Shown here: positions 1 to 13,400 of the stretch, one piece after another
Numbering within the stretch: the first letter of the stretch is position 1
Layout: each line of letters starts with the position of its first letter
Assembly: GCF_004010195.1 (NCBI RefSeq)
Contig: NC_057755.1
Coordinates: 4,177,462-4,241,461, forward strand
Length of the DNA stretch: 64,000 bases
Direction of reading: 5' to 3'
Origin: Chiloscyllium plagiosum
Lineage: Eukaryota
Notes under the pieces: generated by a model
What the model saw: only the letters and a program-made list of their open reading frames with translations
Told to the model about the DNA's origin: nothing
Database searches by the model: none
Made by a program: the position numbers and the translations under genes

Positions 1-49
1 GGACGCCTTCCTTTATGGGACAATCTGGAACGAGAGGATATAGTTTCGG

Positions 50-690
50 GAACAGACCCTTCAGTCCAACTTGTCCGTGCTGATCGGCTATCCTAATCTA
101 TTCTAGTCCCATTTGCCAGCACTTGAAGCATATCCCTCTGAACGATTTCTATTCATGTACCCATCCAGATGCATTTTAAATGTGGTAATTGTAGCAACCT
201 CCACTACTTCACAGAACATAGAACATTACTGCGTAGTACAGGCCTTTTGGCCCATGTTGCGCCGATCTGTGGAATAAATCTGAACCCTATCTAACCTACA
301 TTATTCGATTCTCATCCATGTGCCTATCCAATGACCATTGAAATGCCCTTAAGGTTGGTGAGTCTACTACTGTTGAAGGCAGTATGTCCAACGCCCCTGC
401 TGCTGTCTGAGTAAAGAAACTACATCTGACATTTGTCCTATATCTATCGCTCCTCAGTTTAAAGCTATGTCCCCTCCTGTGAGCCATCACCATCCGAGGA
501 AACAGGCTCTCACTGTCCAACCTATCTTACCCTCTGATTATCTTATTTGTCTTCATCTGGCAGCTCATTCCATACACACACCACTCTCTGCATGAAAAGC
601 TTTCCCGTTAGGTCCTTTTTATATCTTTTCCCTCTCACCTTAAACATATGCTCCCTACTTTTGGACTCACTCACACCAGAGAAAAGACCT
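50..690 (-). mobile_element. Nested CR1-type LINE 3' fragments; one element with an (AGAACAT)n tail at ~212-548 interrupts another
   Basis: Reverse-strand 3' ends matching other CR1-like fragments in the window (28795-29100, 43850-44000). The AGAACAT-tailed piece matches 19033-19220. Confidence 0.65.
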
Positions 691-695
691 TCTCA

Positions 696-990
696 TAGCG
701 CCGGGGACCCGGGTTCGATTTCAGCCTCAGATGACTGTCTTTGTGGAGATTCCACCTTCTCCCCGTGTCTGTGTGAGTTTCCTCCGGGTGCTCCAGTTTC
801 CTCTAATAATCTAAAGAGTGCAGGTTAAGTGAATTGGCCATGCTAAATTTTTCATAGTGTTCAGGGATGTGGAGAGTAGGTGCAGTGGTCGGCAGAAATG
901 CACAGCAAATGAGTAGAGGAATGGTTCTGAGTGGCTTAGTCTTCGGAGGCTCAGTGTTGGGACCAAATGACCTGTTTCCACACTATAGTA
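696..990 (+). mobile_element. HE1-type V-SINE, 5'-truncated and diverged
   Basis: 'gcgccggggacccgggttcgatt...ttctccccgtgtctgtgtgagtttcctccgggtgctccagtttcctc' matches the full copy at 32962-33280. Confidence 0.8.
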
Positions 991-1039
991 ATCCCATGAT
1001 TCTATTTACCATATCCCTGCACCTCACGACTTCCGGCAA

Positions 1040-3296
1040 ATTTGAAGTTTCATAACATCTTTGCTGTGGAAGATCTAGCTCTTTCTTTTCTCCCACCCTC
1101 CAGCCAGGTTCGACATTATGGTGCAGCTTTTTAGCCTCCACTGTGCTTTTGTTTACCACTTTAACAAATTCACTGGCTAACCCTGTTTTTCTACATCCAT
1201 CATCCTTGTGCTTTTATCTAACCCACTAACACTGTGACTTCATGCAGCCTACTCTATTACTGCAGCTTTTTAACTTCTCTTTCCCCTTCATGGATGTCAT
1301 TTTACCTCGTGGTAAGTTATTCTTGTTCTCTTCACTGAGATCTACTTTTCCCTTCCCGCCTGAAGACTTCTCTGGTCTCCAATATTTTACCTCCTGGATT
1401 GAAATTGATGTCGGAAGCCAAGCTTTGATTTATGAACCAACTCATAACCATTAGCCGTTTCAGCTGCTAACCCTGCCATTTTAACTCTCTGCCCTCAGCA
1501 AGTCAGGCAGCATCCGAGGAGCAGGAAAATTGAGTTTTCAGTCAAAAACCCTTAATCAAAAATCATTTTGCCCGAAACATCGAGTTCCTGCTCCTTGCAT
1601 GCTGTCTGACTTGCTGTGTTTTTTCAGCACCACACTCATGATTCTTCCACATGAGTTCTCATTACCCCATAGTGAATTTTTTGAATTTCTCCAAAATAAT
1701 CAACTCTCTAAGAGTGTCATATGTTTGATCTATTTTAATGCCCTCATCCACCTCTCAAAATTACTTTGTTTGATCCTTTCAAGTTCAATGTATATTTGAC
1801 TGGGGTCCCTCCTGATATTCCTGAAACGTTGTCTGTAGACTTCTGGCTAAAGCTGATATGCATTTAAAATGGATTTCTTCAGTTCCTCATACGCTCTTGA
1901 TAGCTAATTTAGCTGTACCCACCAGTTTGGTCTGGACCAACAAAACCCAAATGGTCACTGGCCACTTCATTCTTTAGTCACTTTTGCAAATGAAATGAAA
2001 AGAACTTCAACATCCTTCACATCAAATGCAGGCAATACTTCTATATATTTAAACGGATCCCCACCAGGCCTATGACTCATAGGTTTGCTCATCATCACTG
2101 TCACCCTCACTAAGCATACCTTCTCCCGAAACCTCCATCTTTTGAAGTTGACTTTCCTGTCTCATTCCCAGGTTCTGAAGTTCAAACTCTCTCTCTTTTT
2201 GCTTTTCTTATCTCTCTTGTTCCCTTTATTCTGTTTGGGCCTTCCTTCCCTTTTCTGTTCGTTCTGCTCGGATTATTCTTTCCTTTCCTCTCCTCTCAGC
2301 GTTTAATTTACATTCAAACTGCTTCAGTTATTTTTGATGTTTAAGCTGAATTCTGCAATTGAATTCAGAGCATTTCCAAAATTTCTGATCTCATTTCTGG
2401 AAAATTTCAATGTCGAGCTATGGCTGTAATTACCACTCCTCTTCTCACAGATAAAGGTAACCCCTTTATCTGCAAATACCGACATGTTTGCATTGCTATT
2501 GTTTTAAACCCCTCAAAGTCACTTCTTACACCTCCAGGAAACTCTTAGTGACTGAAAGAGCCATTACTAACCAAGCACTGTTTAAACCTACCGAATCCAA
2601 CACCAGGAACACAAGACTCCAACACTTACCACTCACTGTCTTTGAGTCCAATAAACCTAAACACCAACTGAAATTATTGCAAGATCCCAACAAGAGCCTC
2701 CATCTGTTTTGGACCAGGGCAGACCCCCACCAAATAATTGAAGTAGGTAGCCTAGACCCTAACGTTTTTCTTATTTTAAAGGCAGATGTGAAGTGGGTGT
2801 TCCTGGACTGATGCAGCTGGTCAAAGCACCCGGCTTTAAGCAAAACACAATTTATTTAAACCCTACAGTTGAAACATGAACAAAAGAGAGCAGAATTTAG
2901 AGTAACTTGACTATTGGAAAAGTTAACCGACACGATACTTAACTAATTAATTGTTGCAATCCAGTAATATCCCATAAACTGTTTGATGAAAAAGGAAATT
3001 CAAACAGAGATTCTGACAGGCCAGAGGAAACAACATACAGGGAGAGATTTCAGAGAAGGTCCGGTATAAATCACAAACGGAAGCGTTCAGCCCTTATGAT
3101 ACTCAAGCCATTCTGTGACTACTACTGTTATGAAAAACTGGAAAGCCCTGAATTGGGTGAACTGGACACTCCCTTTCCATTGTTAAACTGTTTTAGCTTT
3201 TAGCACTCTGAAGTCTTCGGCACCTCTGCCTTTACAACCTCGATTCAAAACAAACCCAGAACAAAATAACTTTTATGAAGTTGCAATATAATCACA
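1040..3296 (-). mobile_element. Gypsy (Gmr1-like, SCAN-domain gag) LTR retrotransposon relic: LTR 2705-3296, tRNA-Pro-like PBS ~2684-2702, decayed gag
   Basis: Minus strand ~1680-2070 translates to AYEELKKSILNAYQL*PEVYRQRFRN...ELERIKQSNFERW...IILEKF (SCAN/capsid-like). The LTR is bounded by TG...CA. The PBS reads TGGAGGCTCTTGTTGGGAT on the minus strand versus the Pro consensus TGGGGGCTCGTCCGGGAT. Confidence 0.75.
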
Positions 3297-3712
3297 GTGT
3301 GTGTGTGCGTCCGCCTGTGTGTGTGTGTGTGTCTATGTGTTTGTGTGTCTGTCTGTGTGTGTCTGTGTATGTCTGTCTGTGTATGTGCGGAATGTCTCTG
3401 TGTGTGTCAGTGTCAGTGTTATGTGTCTCTGTATGTGTGACGTGTCTGTGTGTGCATGTATGTGTGTGCATCTGTGTGTCTCTGTGTGCGTCTGTGTGTG
3501 TTTATATGTGCGTATCTGTGGGTGTGTGTGCGCGTGTGCATGTCAGTGCGTGCATGCGTGTGTGTGTCTGTGTGTGTCTTTATATGTGTGTGTCTGTCTT
3601 TCTATATGTGTGTCTGTGTGCGTGTGTATGTGCATGCGTGCATATCTGTGTGTGTGTATGCGTGTGTTTATCTGTCTGTGTGTATTGTGTGTGAGTAAGT
3701 GTGAGTATGTGT
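3297..3712. repeat. Compound (TG)n/(TGTC)n microsatellite
   Basis: Directly visible; explains the C/V-rich spurious ORFs. Confidence 0.95.
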
Positions 3713-4420
3713 GACACTAGGACTCTGCATTATTGGATCAAGTTATTCTTTACTCCAACACTTATTCAATATGACATGTTATTTTCTGGATCCTTGTTGT
3801 CACAAAGCTGGTCCTTTTTCTGACAGCTGGCCCTTTTCGCAAAGCTGTTCCTTGTTCTCAAGATTAGATTATCCTTGATGTTTTTCAGAGTTGTAAACCA
3901 GCTCAGGCTCCGATGCAGCTGCAGTTAGTACAGAAATGAATCATTTATTAGGGCCCGATTGTTTACACCTGAACAAAACAATACCTCAGGCCAAAGTCTT
4001 TCAAGTTTTAGAAATAGCTTGAATACTGAAAGTAGAGTGGCCAGTCCTGTTTTTTTTTTGTTTTTCGATTAGTGTTTAGTTAATTCTCAGCAGGGTCTGG
4101 ATGTAGAAAGGCTGCTGAACACTCTCTCTTTTGGCTCTTCTGATTTCGAACTGTAAGCTGCCTGTGCCCTGTTTTATGGTGCATGCTGAAGGTGTGTGTA
4201 TTTTCAGAGCAGCAGAAATAAGTCGGTATTCTATATGCTATTCTTTGTGTTTCATTCTGTAATTTTTGTGAATAAAGTTCTGTCTGTTTTAACACTCAGC
4301 GGTCGACCAGCTAATTGACTCCAGGAATATTCATGATACACCTAGCTAAACAAGTAGCAAAGTTACGGTATGGACTACCTGCTTAAAGATGTTTTGAGTG
4401 GTTAAGCCTCGTCCATAACA
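3710..4420 (+). mobile_element. Solo LTR related to the Gypsy LTR at 2705-3296, opposite orientation
   Basis: Begins TGTGAC, has AATAAA at ~4271 and ends GTCCATAACA, resembling the reverse complement of 2705-2850. Confidence 0.55.
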
Positions 4421-5470
4421 TTGTACACAAATCACAGAAAAGTGACGGTGTGACCAAATTTGAAAACAGCTTTTGGCAAATCTTCCCTCTCCTGTCCTGA
4501 CAGAATTTCCTGCCCCACGTTAACATTGGACCATTTAGTCTGCATTGTCCCTCCTCAGTGTAACATTCCAAACACTATCGCTTCCCATCTCACTGTATTC
4601 GATCTGCAGGAGACTGAGATGTGACTATGTACAAGCAGTGAGGTGTAAAGCTGGGTCAATGTATTCCAAAGGTGTCAGTCAGACAGATATTGTACGTTTG
4701 TACACAGCAGCCATTTTATGATAGCATAGCACTGACATTAACTTTATAAACAGGGTATGACAAGAAAGAGTGGCTATAAAGAGTGGCAATAAGGTCAGAG
4801 AGGTCATTGATGTATCGGCTTGGACCGAGTCAGTAAGAATGAGGTCAGTGATGTCTCCATTGTTGGAAGCCCATTCAAAGCACTGAGTCCCCTTTCCTCA
4901 GGAAAGGCAGTATGTTCTCCTCACTTGGTCTGTCATGTTACTCCGGATTTTGGGAAATAGAGAATAGGGAATAAATGCTGACCTCAGCAGCAATGCACGC
5001 ATCTAGTGAGAAGATGAACATTTCATTCAGTGAAAGAAATGTCCTTGTTTAAAGAGGGCAGTTCCTATCCTAGAGTTCGGAAGAACAGCTCTGAGACATA
5101 TTTTAGCACGCGGAATAAACTGTCTCGATGCAGCATCAGTTGAAATATTTTGTGACCGTTGGATAGGGCTCGTGGTGTTTGAGTGGACAGTGTTATTGCT
5201 GGCAGATTCCAGATTTTGTCTTTATTATTTTATTGCAATGTATGAGCAGCAACCCTCCTTCATAATCGGCATTAAATGTGTTATTGTAATTAATTTGTTC
5301 ATTGACAGAAATTTGAAAAACAGCAACAAAGTTGAGTAATGCTGTCACCTCGATCTCCCCAAGGAGCTTCCGCACTGTATAAGGCAACGTCTCTGGGAAT
5401 GCATCAGCTCAGAGTTTCAAACAAGGAGATTGTCAGCTGCCTGAACGGACAGATCACCTCGCATGGAAAA

Positions 5471-7616
5471 ATGTATCAACTAATTCAACACGTGGATAAT
5501 GCATTCTACACCATCCTTGCTATTATTGGCATCCCTAGTATGGCATTTTGAGAATTGAACTTGCTTTAATCTGCTGCTGATATGCTCTCTGGTTTTACCT
5601 TTTGAACAATGATTTCTCCAGCTCACTGACTGGTCAGCAATTCACTGAGCAGCATTCTCGGTACAATTCTCCACTGACAGAGACATCCAACCTCACTGCT
5701 GCTGCAGCATTCTCTGATCTCAGTGTTCTCTCATCTGTTCCAGTTTCATACAGTGTGAGGGTATGAGGAGGAATTCTGTCGAATGGTCACTGGGCACGAT
5801 GAGTTTCCTCTGATTTCTCTCCCACGTTTCCTACCCATCCTTGTCAGTTTCTCCAGCAATTTCTGTTATGTTACACAAATCTGCTCAGTTTTCTCTCGAA
5901 TCAAAAAGGCTAAGGACTGATCTGAGTAAAGCCCTACAAGATATTGCCAACAAATTATAACATAGGTAAGGATGAACTCTTTCCAGTGGTTTGTGATTCT
6001 AGAACAACGGAGCAGAGTCTGTGAATTAGGATGGGACTGATCCAGCGAGACGTTAGGAAGCTCTTTGAAACATACACAGGGTGGGAGATGTTTGGAAGTC
6101 TCTTCCACAAACTGTCCATTTAGAGATTAAAATCACAACTGTTCTAAAACTCACACATTTTCACTAAAATAGCCCTGCATGCTCTGTTCTTCTGCACCTG
6201 TGTAAGACACATGGAGTAGTTTTGTCTCAAATCTTATGCATAATGTGCTGACACATCTCCTAGTCCTGTTGTAGATCTGATCAGCATTTAGTCAAATGAT
6301 AAGAGCAGGGGATGACATGATCCATGGATAAAGGGTGAGTTTGGTTTATTGACAATCCATTCTGCAGTCCCGTGTCTGAGTAGGGATTGAGGTTACTAAT
6401 GAGGTTCTGTTCCTGGGGGATTCGGAGCTGTGAACTGTAAGAATCTATTACACACATTGAGATAGTTACTGTGCAACCAAACAAAATGACAGAGTTCCCG
6501 CTGCTCTCCTAGGATGGGCCGGGAGCTCAGTCTCTGTCCAGACTCCATAACTGCTGAGTGATTGGGCTGGAGGATAATCTGGGGTTGATGTGAAAGTTTT
6601 TAAATTTAAACACACTCTACCCTGATCACTTTCACTCATGCAGCTTTTCGGTTTTTAGTGGTAAAAACTTATTGTTGCTCTCTGGAACAGGCAGGGAAAA
6701 TTGCGAACAGTAATTCATTGCATTCTGTACCATTTGTCTCCCAAAGTTGATTTGTTGGCAATTGTTATCCTTTCCCACGGAAAGTGCGGAACTTTCCCTT
6801 GTACTACTCGCTACCTGGCGATTACGGCAGCTGCCGATATGATGATCATCATCATTGAGGTTACTGTGAGAAAATTTTGCTATTATTATTATCTGCGGTG
6901 TTTCCTAGACATCACACCTGTTTGCAGTGTTACTGCGGTCCTGAAACGTACAGTCAGGGACTGCTCGGTCTGATTCACTGTCACTTTTTCCTTTGATCGA
7001 ATTGTGACCATTTGTTGACAGAAGCTGAGAAAAAAAATTGCACTGAGAAAACTGCGACTGTGGTTCTAGCAACAACCTGCAACTTGTTCTGTTTGAAAAT
7101 CATCTCCTTCTATTTTCGACATGAGCCTCACAGGATAATCAACAATGTGCCATTCTACTGTGATACAAAATAAAGCTACTATACTGAAATTTGGTGGGTG
7201 GTATTAGATTGGCTTCATACAGTGTTGCCCCCTTATTCGCTTTAATTCTGTTGCTCAATGCTCTGACAGTCAGACACATTTTAGTGACCAGTCGAGTCGG
7301 GAAGAGGCTGAAGGGTGAGAGAAAAGGAGAGAATCACAGACACCCAGAGATGGAGAGCAGAAGGAAGATTGTGATTTTGCTGTTCACCATCTCTGGGAGC
7401 TTCATCCTTCTGTGGTTAATCCATGTTGTACATTTCTTATATTATGCCATTCAAGGAATCAATCCGAACGATTACTCCGGTTTTCTGTATAATTTCAGGA
7501 AAGTTGGTTACATGCTGCAGACCCTAAGTTGTTGCACAAACATATTTATTTATGCAGCAAGATTGTCTGGGTTCAGAGTGAAGATCAGTAATGCAGTGAA
7601 ATATCTGTTAACATGA
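5471..7616 (+). pseudogene. Two-exon GPR139/GPR142-like class A GPCR pseudogene (exon 1 ~5471-5537, exon 2 ~6747-7616)
   Basis: Exon 1 encodes ...AFYTILAIIGIP followed by a GT donor. Exon 2 follows an AG acceptor and encodes LLAIVILSHGKCG...TTRYLA..AAADM...DITPVCSV...DCSV*FTVTFSFDR (DRY-like), LLLNALTVRHI, PEMESRRK and LSCCTNIFIY (NPxxY-like). It has in-frame stops at 6971-6973, ~7016 and ~7171 plus frameshifts near the A-run at ~7029. Confidence 0.88.
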
Positions 7617-9240
7617 ATTTCTTGTGTTATAAATAAATAAAATTCCACAGTTAACAAAACAGGAGGGGCCTATTGTTTGCAGACAATGAAACGATGCTTT
7701 AAAACTCTTCACTCATGGGACGTGAGTATTGTTGGCTGGGTCAGCATCTATTACCCGTCCCTAGTAGCCCCTTTAGAAGGTGGTGGTGAGCTGCCTTCTT
7801 CATCTACTGCAGTCCACAATGCCCTGAGGAAGGGAATTCCAGGATTTTGACCCAACGACAATGAAGGAACAGCGATACATTTCCAACTCAGGATGATGAG
7901 GTGCTTGAAGTGGCTGGGGTGGTGTTCCCAGATAGCAGCTGTCCTTTACCTTCCAGATGGAACTCGTCATGGGTTTGGAAAGTGCTGTCTGACGATCTTT
8001 GATGAATTTTTGCAGTGCATCTTGTCGATGATATACTCTGCTTCTACTGAATGTTGGAGGTGGAGTGAGTGGATGTTTGTGGATGTGGGATTAATCAAGT
8101 GGGTTGCTTTGTCCTGAATTTGCTTCTTGAGTGTTTGTTGGAGATGCCCCCTTCCAGGCAAGTGGGGAGTATTCCCTCACACTCCTGACAGAGTGCCCTT
8201 ATCCCAGTGCAGGGAGAGATTGAGCTGGGGAACCTGAGGATTTCCCATCGCAGCACAATCCAAAGGAATTTTCCGGGGAAATTGAATCTCGTGCTGGGTA
8301 ATTCCTATTAGCTTGGAAACCTCTGTAAGTCTCCATCACAAGCAAATCATTCAGAGGGTGCTGATGAAATTAAATAGAATATTTAATTAGAAAATATTTG
8401 TCTATTAAATACATGATCTCACTGCTCATTAGCAATCCAACAGACCACATACTAATGCCATAGGCTGCTTCAGTGTGACAAATTGTGGCAGGTGATTGTA
8501 TTTATTTATGCAAAGTTAAAAATCACATAACTCCAGGTTATAGTCCAACAGGTTTAATTGGAAGCATTCGGTTGTGGAGCGCTGCTCCTTCAGCAGGTGG
8601 TTGTGGAACAGCATCATAAGACACAGAATTTATCGCAAAGGTTTACAGTGTGATGTAACTGAAATTATATATTGAAAATAACCTGGATCGTTTGTTAAAT
8701 CTCTTATCTTTTAGAATGGGCATGTTGGTGTCAGTACTTTCATATGTAAATTCCAAAATTTTCTTTAAGTTAGTCTCAAGTGAACTTTAACAATAGGTGC
8801 CATGTTGGCCCAGATAATGACTTGAAGTTCAGTAACACAGTAAAATATGTAGTATCACGAATTACTTATCTTATGAATAATTAAAACTAATGAATATTAA
8901 CAAAAGTTGGGCTTTCTTTTCTAAAATCAAGCTTACAAATTCCAATGGGCTGCTACACCATTGCAGCCCACAAGCATGCACAGCATTTCCTGTCATGGAG
9001 TGAAGATTCAAAACCGTACTGTAAATTATTCTGCTGTTTAAAAAAATGCAACGCTACCCTCTATTGCCCTCTCCATGCCACTACATGTGGTGCTGTGGAA
9101 GATTCATTCCCTCAAGGATTCAGTCAGAACGAGAGAGAGAGACAGCAACAGCTCACAACATAATCCAAACTGACAGCACCATCAACACACAGACACACAG
9201 AGTCAAAACATGTGGTGCTGGAAACGCACAGCCAGTTAGT

Positions 9241-11939
9241 CAGCACACGAGGAGCAGGAAAATAGACTTTTGGGCGGAAGCTGTTCCTGATGAGAAGCTT
9301 ATGCTTGAAAGGTTGACACTCCTGCCCCTCGGATACTGCCTTGACTGGCTGTGCTTTTCAAGCAACACACTTTTTGACTCTAATCACCAGCATCTGCACC
9401 CCTCACTTACTCACTTATGACTTCACAAGGGATCGGTCAAAATTGCTCCAAGACTCCAAAGACATTCCTTGCAGAATGAAACAAACGTGCAATTGGAGAC
9501 ACTCACAGACTTGGATGTTTTCTCCAAAATAAATCTGATGTTTGTGCAGTGGCATTGGGAGTCCAGCAGAGGGTGGTATTGTATCACTTCAAACACAACA
9601 GGAACTGAGAGACAGAACTCTGAGCCTTTGATTCAATACATGTTAATTTTAATTTATTCGTTCAAACTCCCATTTGGACAAAGTGATTCCCATTGCAAGC
9701 AGAGATGGACACATACATACACACACACACACACACACAAACAAACACACGCACAGAGACATGCGTCAACATGAGCATCAACATTGCATCACCTTGAACA
9801 CAAGAGGGACAGAGAGGGGAGGGTTGACCCCATTTCAATGATCAGAAATTGAACAGGCGTAGCCAAACAAATCCTGTGTGTCCAACTGCAGTTGAAATGC
9901 TGGGAATCCTGCAGAGAGTAACTTACTGCTGAGCTCTTCCCATTTCCTCTTGGCCAACGCTTGCTCAGCATCTACAAGGCATAAGTTGGGAGTGTGATGG
10001 AGCTCTCTCTACTTGCCTGGATGAATGCACCTCCAACAACACTCAAGAGAATTGTCGTGATGCAGAACAGAGCATCCCCTGGATTTGACCCATATCCACA
10101 AATACTCATCCTTCCACAATCAATGCTCATTGTGTCATGTGAGATCTCCTGCAGCTTCTCACTTGGCTTTGAAGCTATATTCTGGGTAGTTTCATTGATT
10201 TTATTTATCTGCCTCGAGTCCACTCAGACTCTCGGATGGAGGAGGGTATTGTACACTTTCAGAGATCCAGAGTGACTTTGACATGCGATGGGTGCATGAT
10301 GGAGGATCTATGGGGTGGGGTGCAATGGACTTCATTCTGAAATCTTGAGTCTGATGGATGGTTTTGTTGTTGAAGTGAAAAGTAAAAGATCAGATTTGGA
10401 AAATTAACATCATCTCCATTTGTATTTTTTGGATCTTGAAGGCAGTGCCCAAGACAAGAGCATTTCCTTGTATCGTCTTGGCTGACACGGTTTGCTCGGT
10501 AATTACAGTGTTGAGAAGTTCTTTCAGTCACTCCTTAAGAAGCAGAAATAGTTTTGTCCCTGAACTCTGAAGCGAGTATTTCAGCAGCACACGAGGAGCA
10601 GGAAAATAGACTTTTGGGCGGAAGCTGTTCCTGATGAGAAGCTTATGCTTGAGAGGTTGACACTGCTGCCCCTCGGATACTGCCTTGACTGGCTGTGCTT
10701 TTCAAGCAACACACTTTTTGACTCTAATCACCAGCATCTGCACCCCCCACTTACTCACTTATGACTTCACAAGGGATCGGTCAAAATTGCTCCAAGACTC
10801 CAAAGACATTCCTTGAAGAATGAAACAGACGTGCAATTGGAGACACTCACAGACTTGGATGTTTTCTCCAAAATAAATCTGATGTTTGTGCAGTGGCATT
10901 GGGAGTCCAGCAGAGGGTGGTATTGTATCACTTCAAACACAACAGGAACTGAGAGACAGAACTCTGAGCCTTTGATTCAACACATGTTAATTTTAATTTA
11001 TTCGTTCAAACTCCCATTTGGACAAAGTGATTCCCATTGCAAGCAGAGATGGACACATGCATACACACACACACACACACGCACACACACACACATACAA
11101 ACACACGCACAGAGAAATGCGTCAACATGAGCATCAACATTGCATCACCTTGAACACAAGAGGGACAGAGAGGGCAGGGTTGACCCCATTTCAATGATCA
11201 GAAATTGAACAGGCATAGCCAAACAAATCCTGTGTGTCCAACTGCAGTTGAAATGCTGGGAATCCTGCAGAGAGTAACTTACTGCTGAGCTCTTCCCATT
11301 TCCTCTTGGCCAACGCTTGTTCAGCATCTACAAGGCATAAGTTGGGAGTGTGATGAAGCTCTCTCTACTTGCCTGGATGAATGCACCTCCAACAACACTC
11401 AAGAGAATTGTCGTGATGCAGAACAGAGCAGCCCCTGGATTTGACCCATATCCACAAATACTCATCCTTTCACAATCAATGCTCATTGTGTCATGTGAGA
11501 TCTCCTGCAGCTTCTCACTTGGCTTTGAAGCTATATTCTGGGCAGTTTCATCGATTTTATTTGTCTGCCTCGAGTCCACTCAGACTCTCGGATGGAGGAG
11601 GGTACTGTACACTTTCGGAGGTTCAGAGTGACTTTGACATGCGATGGGTGCATGATGGAGGATCTATGGGGTGGGGTGCAATGGATTTCATTCTGAAATC
11701 TTGAGTCTGATGGATGGTTTTGTTGTTGAGGTGAAAAGTAAAAGATCAGATTTGGAAAATTAACATAATCTCTATTTTGTTTTGTGGAACTTGAAGGCAG
11801 TGCCCAAGACAAGAGCATTTCCTTGTATCGTCTTGGCAGACACGGTCTGCTCGATAATTACAGTATTGAGAAGTTCTTTCAGTCACTCCTTAAGAAGCAG
11901 AAATAGTATTGTACCTGAACTCAGAAGCGAGTATTTCAG
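9241..11939 (+). repeat. Tandem duplication, two ~1.35 kb units (9241-10584, 10585-11939)
   Basis: Near-identical sequence and paired ORFs (9469/10813, 9789/11145, 9972/11328, 9994/11350). Confidence 0.95.
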
Positions 11940-12039
11940 AAACAGGAAAAATCAGCTGCTCAGTTCCATCACAGGTTTCTTGTCCCTCCATTACTTGGAG
12001 ATAACAGAAGCCCTCTCTGTCCAGTCCCTATTCCAACAA

Positions 12040-13400
12040 TCCCAACAGGATCCTAAAGCAGAGCTCAGTCTTTAGTTCTCTCGGATTTTCCCTGTCATTG
12101 GCTCCAGACCTCCCTCCGTTAGGACCATGTGGTGATTGGTGTGCAGTGACCATTCCACAGTAAAGGGATCTCCAAACAGGCAGCTTCCATCCCAACCCTG
12201 TCCCACCCCCAAATGAATCTGGGAGCTGGAATATCAGGAACCCGATGGATAACACCAACACCAAAAGACCTGAATGATACACTGCTGCCATCCCCCAGCA
12301 TTACAACATTGACATCACCGCCGTGCATGAGATATGATTGGCAGGAGAAAAGCAACACAAAGAAAAAGATGGCGGGTACACCTTCTTCTGGAAAAGCAAA
12401 CACAGAGCATTGTCTCTATGGGACCGACTTCACCACAACACGTAAACTAATCAGACATTCCAACTAATCCCCTGTGGGGTAAATGAGCTCCTCATGACCC
12501 TCTGACACAGCCTGGGCCAGAAGCAGCACCTCACAGCCGTCAGTGCCACTGCGCTGAATCTAGACACAATGGAGAAGACAAAAGACTCATTCCACACCAG
12601 CCTCAAACTATTGCTATCCCACTGAAGGAAGTGTTTCTCAGGCAGTGCCTCACAGCCGACCAGATGATGACCAAGATACCTGAGTCACAGAGTACCCACA
12701 GCATCTGGTCCACCCTAAACCCCTCCCGAGTCAGCAGCTGTGTGTAGACCCTCAGCCTCTCAACCAGGAAACCCCAGGACTGGCTCAGTGAGAATAACGG
12801 GAGATCCAGGATCTTCGAGACTGCAAACGTGAGGTAGTCCTGAACTGGCAGCTCCACCATAACTCCAGCAAATGGAAACAAGCAGAGACGCAACTGAAGG
12901 ACGAGGTGTAACAAAGAAGCCGTGACCTAAAGAATAGATGGTGGGTGGAGAGAGTCAGCAGGAGAGCCCCTTACTCACAGACAGCCACAATGTGTGCGGT
13001 TTCATCAGCTCAATCAAAGCCAACTAAAGCCTGAGTACCCAGGGAGTGACCCCACTGAGAGCCAAACACAAAGAGTTCCTCATCAAAGACCGGGAGACAG
13101 TCAGCCCTTACTGGAGCGAGCACTTCGATAGCCTCCTCCAACAATTCACAGCCTTCAGCACAAGTATTCCTGACACTCACACAACACAGTACCCACCGCC
13201 ATTTCAGCAAACCACTAAACCATCCTGAGTGCAATGACCTCTGTACATGGCCTTCTTAGATCTTCAAGCCTTCAACTCTGTGGACCATGAGGGATAATGG
13301 AATACTTTCCTCAAATGTGGATGCTCACAGAATTATGTCACCATTCTCCACCTGCTCCACAATGACTTCCAAACTGTGGTCTTCACCAGCACATTCTCCA
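12040..13400 (+). mobile_element. RTE-clade LINE relic (AP endonuclease to RT, internally deleted)
   Basis: Fragments YNIDIT...LAGE...GGYTFFWKSK, RKPQDW..ENN.EIQ, TPLRAKHKEFLIKD...WSEHFDSLL. Confidence 0.75.

Noticed and set aside
3275..3714. Cys/Val-rich ORFs
   Set aside because: Translation of a (TG)n microsatellite.
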